NCBI GenBank assembly: GCA_965644315.1
Contig: CBFFRQ010000030.1
Location: 62,001 to 126,000, forward strand
DNA length: 64,000 bases
Origin: Caecitellus pseudoparvulus
Taxonomy: Eukaryota; Protista; Bigyra: Bicosoecida
Reading direction: 5' to 3'
The notes under the pieces were generated by a model. That model searched no databases and was not told the DNA's origin. It was given only the letters and a program-made list of their open reading frames with translations. This document shows, piece after piece, positions 50,931 to 61,013 of the stretch (position 1 is its first letter; every line of letters starts with the position of its first letter). The position numbers and the translations under genes were made by a program.

Positions 50931-53612
50931 ATGTCTCGGCAGTACCCGAAAAGCGATGATGGGGGCAGTTCCAGCTCCCTCGCCGTGCGCCTGATGCAGG
51001 TGGCCGGCGAGTTCGAGCTGCAGCGGCGGCAAGAGAGGGAGGCGTTGGAGGGACGCTTGGCAGACGCGCTCATGGAGCAGCGCGCGGCAGACCAGGAGAA
51101 CCACAGCTTGCACAGGAAGATGGATTCCATGTCCAGGGAGCTGGCAGCTGCGAACGCGGAACTGTCGGACGTGGCGCGCAGTCACGACGACGCTGTGGAG
51201 GACTACAAACGCGAGGTGTTGAGGTTGCGTTTCGAGCTGGCCAACCGGTCCAACTCGCTGAAACGCCTGTCCGACGCAGTGCGTGCCGGGGCTCACGGAG
51301 ACGCGCTGGCCATCGTGCAGGGCTCCTTTGTGGACAACGACGACAACGCAGCGTGGGCCTCCGCTGCCCGATGCGTTGCCTCAGCCCAAGCGTCCCTTGA
51401 ACGCCACGGCAGCCTGGTGCTGGCTGATCCCGAGGCGGCCGAAGGCATGTACACGCCCGAGGCGCTGTGCCTGGCCGCGGAGAAGGGCCTGTCCCACGTC
51501 GTGCAGTCCATCTTGAGCCCAGAGCCGCTGGCAGACGACGGCAGCGATGTGCTGGGTGCCTGCCTGACAGATGCGTTGCGCGCGGCAGCTCGCGGCGGAC
51601 ACGCCACTATCGCCAAGAACCTGCTGAGTCTGGGCGCTGACCCCGCCGCACCCAGCGAGGCAGACTGCATGGGACACACGGCCATGCACTGCGCCGCCAT
51701 GGGGGGCAGCGAGGAGCTCGTGCGGTGCCTGCACGACAAGCACGCCGTGCCACTAGACACCGCCGACACGCTGGGCAACACGCCCCTCATGCTGGCTGCT
51801 GCGCAGGACAGGGGCCCCGTCGTGAAGTACTTCCTCCTGCACGGTGCTGACCCCATGGCCGTGAATGAGGACGGTTTAGGGGCGGAGGCTGTGGCAAGCG
51901 AGGCGGGGTGCCACGCGGCACTCCGTGTTCTGCGTGACGCCAGCGTGGTGTTCTGGAACGCCTCTGTGTGCGCCAACCGGCAGTACAATGAGAAGCGCTT
52001 TGACCTTGCCATCGTGAACTATGGCCGCGCCCTGGAGGTGGCGACCGCGGGCCGAGTGTCCACGTCGCCACGCGACCTGGCCACTCTGCACTACAACCGA
52101 GCCCGTGCCGCGTACCGCCTGGGCCGCCACACCGACGCCATTGACGACTGTGCCGCAGCACTGCAGGCGGATGAAGGCTACCGCAACGCGCTGGCTCAGC
52201 GTGCCGAGTGCCACATGTCTCTGTTTGAGTTCGCCCGGGCGGCGGAGGATTTCCAGGCACTGCTGGACAACGACCCAGCGGACCGGCAGTGGGAGCGGCG
52301 GCGACGTGACGCCGTGACCATGCGGGACATGTCGCACTACGCCGTGCTGGGCGTGCCGCGGGAGGCCGCCGGCGCGGTGGTGAAGAAGGGCTACCGCAAA
52401 GCCTGCCTGCGGTGGCACCCCGACAAGCACACCGCCACGGCGGAGGCCAAGCGCCGCGCCAACACGGCCTTCCAGCGCATCGCCGAGGCCTACGAGGTGC
52501 TCACGGACTCCTACAAGCGCATGGTGTACGACATGGAGCTGCGCTCTCGCTCCCTGGGTCTGGGAGCAGCAGGCTTCGGCGGCTCTGAGCGGGACGGCAT
52601 GGGCTTCGACAGGTGGCACGCCAAGGAGTCTGAGCGGGAGGCAGAGCGCGCAAGGGAGCGCAACCTGGCAGTGGCTGCCGCCCAGCAGGCCTGTGCCGCC
52701 GAGGATGAGGCCCGGGCCGCACGCCGGCAGCGGCTGCGTGCTCGGGAGGTGGCGGCAGCGGAGGCTGCGAAGGCGGCAGAGGCTGCGGCCACAGCGGCCG
52801 CCCCCCCTCCCAAGGCCAGCGTGCCACCCCCTGCAGACATGCCAGGCGATGCGTCGCCGTCTCCTGCCACCTCCTCTGCACCGGGAAGTGGCGGGAAGGC
52901 GGTTGTCGCCCCAACACGAGTATCCCGCGCACCGCCCACGCTGCCCACCACCACTTCACCCATCCAGCCCTCAAAACCCAAAGCCTCCCGCGCAGTGCCC
53001 GAGAGCAAGTCGCCAGGGCAAGACGCTGGTCTGGCTAGCATGCCCCCCGCCCCAGCAGCCTCGGCTCCACCTGCACCCCCCGGCATCTCCCGGCGCCGGG
53101 CCAGTGCGCCCTCCCCCACCAAGTCCCCCGCCCCAGGCATGCACAAGGGCCGACGCAACACCACCGTGCACAGCGCAGGTGTAGAAGATGCTGCCACCGG
53201 GCGGGCTGGTCTTCCAGTGCACACGGCAGCAGGCGCCTTCGCCGCGCCACCCACGGACTTCGGCGACAGTGACTCCAGCAGCGTCGTGTCCGGGGGTGAC
53301 TCCGTGGGCGGCGGGCGTGGCGCGTTCGACTTCGACGCCCTGCGTGAGGAGGGCGTCGCTGACGAGGACCTGCAAGAGCTCATCGACGAAGCCATGGCAG
53401 CCACCGAGGCGCAGTTGGAGAGCGCCGGCATCGAGCTGAGGCGAGGTGCGGATGGCGGCATCGAGTGGGCCACGCCAAGCACGTCCCCGCTAGCAGCTGG
53501 GGCAGACCCCAAGGCTGCAGGGGGCGTGTTCATGGCCTCCGACGACGAAGAGTCGGACGTGGACTCGGCTGCCATGGCGGCAGTGGAGGCCGAGCTGCGC
53601 CAGCCAGTGTGA
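50931..53612 (+). CDS. Coiled-coil + ankyrin + TPR + J-domain co-chaperone
   Basis: Ankyrin GHTAMHCAA and GNTPLMLAA; TPR LHYNRARA and ALAQRAEC; J domain HYAVLGV..WHPDKH..FQRIAEAYEVLTD; acidic/Pro-rich tail. Confidence 0.9.
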   Translation: MSRQYPKSDDGGSSSSLAVRLMQVAGEFELQRRQEREALEGRLADALMEQRAADQENHSLHRKMDSMSRELAAANAELSDVARSHDDAVEDYKREVLRLRFELANRSNSLKRLSDAVRAGAHGDALAIVQGSFVDNDDNAAWASAARCVASAQASLERHGSLVLADPEAAEGMYTPEALCLAAEKGLSHVVQSILSPEPLADDGSDVLGACLTDALRAAARGGHATIAKNLLSLGADPAAPSEADCMGHTAMHCAAMGGSEELVRCLHDKHAVPLDTADTLGNTPLMLAAAQDRGPVVKYFLLHGADPMAVNEDGLGAEAVASEAGCHAALRVLRDASVVFWNASVCANRQYNEKRFDLAIVNYGRALEVATAGRVSTSPRDLATLHYNRARAAYRLGRHTDAIDDCAAALQADEGYRNALAQRAECHMSLFEFARAAEDFQALLDNDPADRQWERRRRDAVTMRDMSHYAVLGVPREAAGAVVKKGYRKACLRWHPDKHTATAEAKRRANTAFQRIAEAYEVLTDSYKRMVYDMELRSRSLGLGAAGFGGSERDGMGFDRWHAKESEREAERARERNLAVAAAQQACAAEDEARAARRQRLRAREVAAAEAAKAAEAAATAAAPPPKASVPPPADMPGDASPSPATSSAPGSGGKAVVAPTRVSRAPPTLPTTTSPIQPSKPKASRAVPESKSPGQDAGLASMPPAPAASAPPAPPGISRRRASAPSPTKSPAPGMHKGRRNTTVHSAGVEDAATGRAGLPVHTAAGAFAAPPTDFGDSDSSSVVSGGDSVGGGRGAFDFDALREEGVADEDLQELIDEAMAATEAQLESAGIELRRGADGGIEWATPSTSPLAAGADPKAAGGVFMASDDEESDVDSAAMAAVEAELRQPV

Positions 53613-53792
53613 GCGGGACATGCCCACGCTCACAGACCCTGGCATGCATTGCTGCGTGCCAGGCACAATCCATACACACCAGCGAGAAGGCGCATGATTA
53701 GCTTGCTGCACGCACCTGGACCTCGGGATGTGCCGTGCAGAAGCCCCACACACCACCACGAGCAGCGCCACAAGCACACCACACCAGCAGGC

Positions 53793-54136
53793 ATGATCGG
53801 CAAGTACGGTGGGTTCAACCCGCCCAGGTACAGCTTCCAGCTGCGAGCTGCCTCAATTGCACTTGGTGCTGTGGCATGGCTGTACTACTTCGGCATGGCC
53901 ACTGAGCACGGCTCGTATCAGTTTGTATGTGTGGCGGCGTTTCGGTAGTGCCGCCCACATTCCGCACCTCGCCCCGCGCTCCCCCCGGCGCCCCACAGGG
54001 CTTCCGCACCCCTTGGGTGGACCACCCCCCTAGCGATGAGTTTGTCAAGTTTCACGAGCAGGCCTGGCTGCGTGACAGGCAAGAGCCGGAAGCTGTCTTC
54101 CACGCAGCAGCAGGGCACGGCGAGGACAGGCACTGA
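53793..54136 (+). CDS. NDUFB2: Complex I subunit NDUFB2-like
   Basis: Single TM ALGAVAWLYYF followed by HGSYQF|GFRTPW (intron 53925-53998), comparable to the plant/fungal GWRHPW motif. Confidence 0.65.
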
Positions 54137-54205
54137 CCGGCAGGCAACACAACAATGCAGCGACCCATGTCCCCAGCGCCCACCAACCTTGCATGCATTG
54201 CGGCG

Positions 54206-57200
54206 TCAGTCAAAGTCACCTTCGTACATGTTCAGGGTGCTGATGGCCACAGACAGCCCAGGCCCGTCCTGCTTATGTGCCACAGCTGAAGCGGCGTAGC
54301 CCTTCTTGAGCAAGTCAGCCGGACTGCTCCCGAGCAGCACGCCGCGACTGGCAGCCAGCAGTGCATCCCACGCCACGTTGTCGGTGAGTAGGTAGGTGGG
54401 GGCGTCTTCCTCCAGTGCGCCGGCGGGAGCATCCCGCAACGCCAGAGCCAGCTCCCCGTAAATGTGTGGGAAGTACATCCACTTGGTGACGTCCAGCGGG
54501 TACGGCACCACGGCAGCCTGGTACGCTTGCGTCACTGCCTGCAGCGCCCCCTGGGCCGCCTCGCTTGTCCTGCACTGCTCTGGCACAGCCGCCACCGCAG
54601 CCCCCGGGCCCAGCAACAAGCACTCGCACAGCAACACCGCGGCAGCGCCGACAACGGCAGCCTCAGCAGGCCGGCCCTGCTTGCGCAGCAGCAGGCTCAG
54701 CAGGCAGAGGGGATTGACACACTGCGTGTTGAGGTACAGCAGCTGCCACGGGACCTCTGCCGCCCAGCCGCCGACACTGGCCTGCAGAGCAGCAATGGCT
54801 GTGTCCGTGTCACCGCTGGCATTGTAGATGCGAGCGGACGGAAACATAACCGCCGCACACAGTGGGTGGCCTTCCCCGGCCTCCTGCTCCACGGCAGATG
54901 CCAGGGCTCCCAGCAGGCCAGGGGTGTGGTCTGCACCTACAGGGGCCAGCATCTGCACGACCGTTGCGAGCCACTCAACCACCTGGTGACGCAGAGTGTG
55001 GTTGGGGTTCAACGCCACCCACCGCCGAACAGAGTCAGCCACGGAGCCATCCACTGACGACCCCTGCAGTGGCGCACCCCACCACTTCATGTGATGCTCG
55101 GCATCGCATGCCAGTGTCGTGGTCGGGTCACTGCTGCCTTGCACGATCATGCTCGCCAGACTGGCGTGTGTGGCGGTCGCCTCGTTGTATGCGCGGGCCA
55201 GCCATGCCAGGCCTTGCAAGATGTTGGGCAGACCCCCCCGCATGCTGTTGTACACACCTGCCATGCCCACAGCACGCACAGACTCCAAGGCGCCTGAACC
55301 CAGCACCACCGCTGCATGTTGTGCGAACTGCGTCAGGCGCCCGACTGCCTGGTCGTAATCCCCTTGCAGCGACCAGCCATGGCCCTCTTCCCGAAGACTC
55401 AGCGTGTGCACTGGAGACAGGATATTCTTGTTCAGCGTGTCAGTCATCTGCCGCAAGTCCAGGGCAAGCGACACTGTCGCAGGTCCGTCTTTCAAGGCAA
55501 GCGCAGACGAGAGCAGGAACGGCAGCAGCTCCGAGGATTGCACGGAGTACATGCCGTACAGCGCCTGCATCTGCGGCAGCAGCATGTCCCGCAGCTGTTT
55601 GGGGTCTTGTTGGCAGTACAGCCGCTCGGTTTGGCCCTGCACGTCGCCCGAGGACAGCGCGGTGGAGGCCAAGCTTGTCAGCACGCCCAAACTCTCCGCC
55701 CCGGCACTGGTCTGCAATGTTTCGTAACCTTTGGACAGCAGCACCCGCAGGCCTTCGATGACGCTGTCCACGATGCGCGGTTCGGACGTGACAGGGGCAA
55801 TGTCCTGAATATCGTCAGGCCACAGGGCCCAGTCTGCCAAGCTGGCGGGGCTGCTTTCCCCGCCCTCGGACGCCACCAACGGCTGCAGGCCGGCCATGTT
55901 CCGCCACACTTCATGTAGACGGAGCCACGCAGCATCCGTGAGGGAAATGCCCGTGTCCCGGCAAACGTCCAGGAGCACGGTGAGGGGTTGCCCCAAGCTC
56001 AGGCGCAGGTCGCGGTCCACTGCCCTCTCTGCCGCAGTCAAACTGCGCGGGAACTTGCTCGACACGGCCGGAGCCACCGCCAGTGGGCCCTTGCCGCGCC
56101 AGAGGGAGTGATTCTCCACGACGCCTCTGGTGGCTGCATCAGCTACCTCGACCCCCAGAATCAAATTCAGCTGGTGCAGGGCGACCGCCTTGGCCTGCTT
56201 CTGCATGGCCGCCGCCGCCGCCTCCTCATTGGCACAGGATTGGGGGATGGCCATGCCCCGCCAAGCACGACGCATGCGCTGCTTCAACACCCTGCTCACC
56301 ATGTCAGACAAGAGGCACCGACTGAGGGAGAGCAGGCCGTGCACCCGTGCAATGTTTACAGGGCCTGCTGCTGCGGCTATGCTCGGGAGCTCTCCGTGCA
56401 CAGCTGTGCGCAGCAACCCCTGCAGCTGCATGTTCACGCCGCACTGCTTGATGAACCGGCGACGGACGAGGGTGTTCAAAATGAAGAACGGCAGGTTGGT
56501 GGACGTTTCCACGAGCTGCTTGGCGATCGCTGGGATGACCTTGTCCACAAGTCGCTGCGCCGCAGACAACGCGATGGAGTTGTGCTTCTCGCAGTCATGC
56601 CGCCCAAAGCCGCTGAAGGCGTCGGAGGAAATGGGCAGGTTGTGTGACTTCACCAACTCCGGACGCAGCATGCGAGTCAAGTGTCCCCCCTTGATTCTGC
56701 CGTCCGGGGGCAAGGGGGGCATGAGCCGGGCAGTGTCGCACAGGTAGAAGCGGCCATCCTCTGCTGACCTGTGGCCTTCAATGTCAGCCGGGCCGTGCAG
56801 CAGCACCTGCCGGGGCAGTCCTCGCTGACCCTGCTCCGCAGACCGCGCAATGACGTAGTGCGGAGCAATGTTCAACTTGCGTGCCAGCGTGGCCATGAGA
56901 GCGTTCGCCTCAGGGTCGTGAGCCGCCACTGTGCGAGCAGCGTCAGCCGTGCCGTACACCAGTGTCTTGCCGCTGATGGGCAGCAGCGTGCTGACGAGGC
57001 AACGCTTCCCCCACAAGTCAACAAGCACTGCGAGGGCACTGTACACGCCGTGCACCTGTGCTTGTTGGATCGCCTCCAGTCCGCGCTGCTCTCGCCGCGC
57101 AGCTTTGCAAGCTTCATCGTAGTCGGCGTACAACCCCGCCTCATTCTCCACACACTTCACAAACACGCCTGACTCAATGAACTTGCTACCTCCTGCCACA

Positions 57201-60200
57201 CCGCCAGCATCCACGCTGCGGATGGTCCGAGCTTCTGCTGGCAGGCAGTCGTTGGCGAAGATGCGGCGCACCACTTTCCGCGCGACGGCAGTGAAGCCGT
57301 CCACGATGCTTCGCAGCCGCTGCTGCACAGCAAGCCTGTGCGGGGCTGCCGTTGCTGTCGCCAACTCCTCCAAGGCAGCCTGGTACGCGGCATTCCAGCC
57401 TTCTTCTGGCTCAGTCATGGAGGAGTTGTTGGGCTCTGCCTCTTCCGCAACGGGTGGGTACGCAGATGGAACCTCCTGCGTCTCGGAAGACTCTTGCGAT
57501 GTCAAGGCGCCGACGGTGCTAGCCCGCGCTGCCTTGAGTGCTTGCGCGTCCAGTGGCTCCTGCACGTCGGGGGGGGCTTCGTGCAGTGTCCAAAACGACT
57601 CGGCCAGCTCTTCGTACGCCCCTGCGTCGTCGCCCCCCCCCTCCGGGCCGGCCACGTGTGGAAGCGAGTCACTCTCTCCTGCGGCAGAACCTGCCGTCAC
57701 AGGCTCCGCAAGCACCAAGCCAGAAGGCAAGTCGTATGCTGAAGAGTCCCCTTCCGGCTGAGGCTCGCTGGTCAGTAAGCCAGTGAAGTCAACGGCATAG
57801 CCACAGCCACCATCATCCGTCTGTGATTCGCTCGTCACAAGGCTGGAGAAGTCGGCAGCGTAGCCAGCGCTGCCTGTCCCTGGACCTTCAGGCTCGGAAA
57901 CAGCCACATCCACATCGCTCGGTGCCACTGTTGGCCCAGCTTCATCGAAGGAAGGAGCAGACTCCAATGTCGCAGAGGCAGGGCGCTTGTCGAGCTCCAT
58001 CGCTCGCGGTGGCTTCTTCAACCCCAGCTGCTCAAGCAAGGCCATGGCGCGGTCAGCCAACATGCCTCCACTTGTAGCCGTGGCCAGAGCGCGCAAGCTT
58101 CCCGAGAAAGAATTCACAAGCCACCCCCTCGCCTCGCTGCCTGCGAGTTGACCAGGCCGCAACGCTGCCACCAGGCTCTGGACGCAGTGCACTCCCTGCA
58201 ATGCCACGGACGGCTCCAGGGCCACGAGCAGGGTGGAGATCAAGGCCAGTGATCGGTGACTGGCCAGTACCTCTGTGGGAAACGCCTCCACCACTGCAAC
58301 GATGCCGTGTGCGATGACCATGGAGCAGCTGGCGGAGCTACTGGAGGAGCGCTTGTCGCCAGCGTTGGGGTCCGTCCGCATTCCAGAGGCAACTGCACTG
58401 CCTGCATCTGCTCTCGTTGGGACTTCGAAATGTATGGAGCCAATTTGCAGAATGCCTTCCTCAAGTGCAGTGTCCAGCATGTGCCCAAGGGCGGTCAGGC
58501 AGCCAAAAACCAGCTCTGTGGCTGCATATTCAGCCGTCATGGTGGACTCACCTGCGCCACTTCGCGCACGCTCCAACGCCAGCGTCGCGGCCGCACACTG
58601 AAGTGGGGGAGCAGATGGCCCGATGTGGTTCAGAGTGTGGCATGAAGCTCCGATGCTACGAATCGCCTGCTGGCGGCAGGGGCCCTTCACGAGTGCCAGC
58701 AGGATTTCGCACAGGACGTGGACGCCAGTGGACCCTGACGCTCGACGGTGCTGGGACACCTGCAATGAAGTCCCCCTCCCACACAAGTTCAGAAGGGACA
58801 TGTTGACCTCCCCCATGGAGGTTGGCAGTGCCCCTCCCGTTCTGAGCGGGATGCTGAGCATGATGTCGGCAAGCGCCGCGGGCTGCTGCTGCTCCACCGC
58901 AGCCGCATGCAGCTCATGCCACGCCGTGGCTGCTCCCAGAATCCAGCCACAGTCTGCCGCGTGCAGGAATGCAGAGTGTGCCTGCTGCAAAGCGCCCTCC
59001 AGCTCCATGGCGCCGAGCCTACCTTCGGTCTCCTCCAATCTCGCGGACTCGGAGCCGCTCAGTTCGGAACTGCCCTTCCACCCGACGGGAAGCAGGGCCG
59101 CTGACAGCAGCATCATGGCCAGCATTTGCACAGCTCGGTGCCGATTGCCTAACAGGTGCAACAGCATGGCAAATCCCTCCCCCGCCCCGCTGCCCGACAG
59201 CAACAAGCGGAGAGACTGCTGCTTTGCCGTGCTCATCCAAGACAACACTGCAGAGAGCAGGCAGTCTTGTGCGAGGGGGACATACTCACCAGGCAGGCGG
59301 CTGAGAATCGCTGCAACTTGGGGGGGGGCACCCTCGGCAATGCTGCCAGAGACCCAGCGGCAAACCAAGCGAACCAGCGTGCTGAGCGGTATGCCCGTCA
59401 CCCCGCCGTCCAGCGTCAGCAGCGCCAGACAGGGGTCGCGCGCCCCATGCCCAGCTGCATCCACGGCAACAAAGGCAGGTAAGGGGTAGGTGTCCCCTGT
59501 GGCGTGTGAATCCGCTGCTGCTGGGCGCTGTGACACATCCAACCTTTCGCAAGCAGCGGACAGCTCTGCCACTACTGCGGCAAAGGCCAGAGCCTCGAAA
59601 TCCTCGCTGGCTTCGGGAAGGGGTGATGCAGCTGGCCCCAAGCAGATGCGACTCACAGCGGCACCTGAGCGCAGCATGCAAGACAGGCTGGTTGTGCCAT
59701 GGCTGTGTGCAAGTGGGTGCGAGAGAATGTCACGAGTGGCTTCATACAGGGCTGGACGCAACGCCCAGTGGGCTGAGAAGGTAGGAACACAGAGGCTGGA
59801 GACAAAGGCCTGGAACAGATCTCCTTCGTCCTTTGATAGCGACAGCGGGCCCTCCCCACCCTGCGCTGATCGCCACGCCAAACGCAGCCGGAAGGCGCGA
59901 ACAGCTGCCGCAAAGGCTGCGCTTTCTAGCCACGGACCAAGAGCAGCGGCGTCCCACGACAGAGCGTAGCAAATGTGAACAAGGCATGCATGCACACGAG
60001 GGTGCAGGTGTGGTGCGTTGAACGCCTTCTCCATGACAGCCAAGAACGGGGGATAGCGCGCCAGGGCGGGCGCCACAAGGTCGCCCGTGCGCGCTCCAGC
60101 GCAGAGCAGGTGGGATACATCTTCAACCGCCCCCACCACCTCCTCGCTGACCCGTGCAACTGCAGGCATGGTGCCGCTCTCAGACGCGGGCAGGGGCTCC

Positions 60201-60872
60201 CCAATGGACGGGTGCAGGCGCGAGTCTTCGCTGGTGCGGCTGCCCTCCCAAGCACGCACTTCTGGCCCTCCCCAGGCGCTGCCGGGCGCCGTGGCAGCCG
60301 CGTCCCACACCCCGACGCAGCCGTCTAGGCCTGCATGCTGCAGCAGTTGTGCCAGGCGCAGTACGATGTGCGGGATGATGGTCAGTGACAGGGCGTGGTC
60401 GTCGGCTGGTGCGACGCCGTTCAGGGGGGGCGCTGCGCGGAGCTCATCCACCAGCCATGGGCTGGGTTTCTCGCCAGTGATGACGCTCGGCAACGCGTGG
60501 GAGGATAGGCAGCTGGACAGTGCAGTGATGTTGCGCAGTGCGCGCAAGGCCCAAATGTAGGCCATGGTGTCCGCATCCTGCCGCAGCACATACCGCACGA
60601 GCTGTCGCAGGTCGGCTTGGCCAGACGGTGTGTCCTGTGCGAGGGCAGCGGCTTGGCGGCTTGCGGCGCAAAGCGGGTAACCCTGATCTAACGTAAGCAC
60701 TCACGAGTCGCTTCGTCTGCTGAGACTGCAGGCAGGTGTTCGTCATCACGCACTCCAGCGCCTGGGGAGTGGGTGGCGTGGTGGTGCAAGTCTCCGCAAT
60801 TTCCGCGGCTCCTCAGCGTGGCCCAACACTCACGAACGCCTCCTGCACGGACGGGCTCCATTCCCGCTCCAT
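54206..60872 (-). CDS. Large Clu-domain protein (helical/ARM-like N-terminus, Clu domain, TPR-like C-terminus)
   Basis: WNAAYQ, GGVAGGSKF, LLPI..TLVYGTAD, GPADIEGH..DGRFYLCDTARLMPP, MLRPELV, PISSDAFSGF. 5' introns 60762-60833 and 60635-60704. Confidence 0.82.
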
Positions 60873-61013
60873 GCAATCCATTTTTCCTGCACAGAGTGTA
60901 TTCCGAAGCCTTGGGCGCAATGCTCCGCTCCAGGACTCAGCGCTGGCGTTTTGTGGTGGGTCTGAAGGATGTCGCTGAAGGTAAAAATTGCCAGGCAGGC
61001 ACAGCCTGGTCCC

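Noticed and set aside
3101-60872. Several mitochondrial genes in one window (ThrRS, MRPL12, MTG1, COX16, NDUFB2-like)
   Set aside because: Dispersed among unrelated genes; not clearly above expectation for a housekeeping-rich region.
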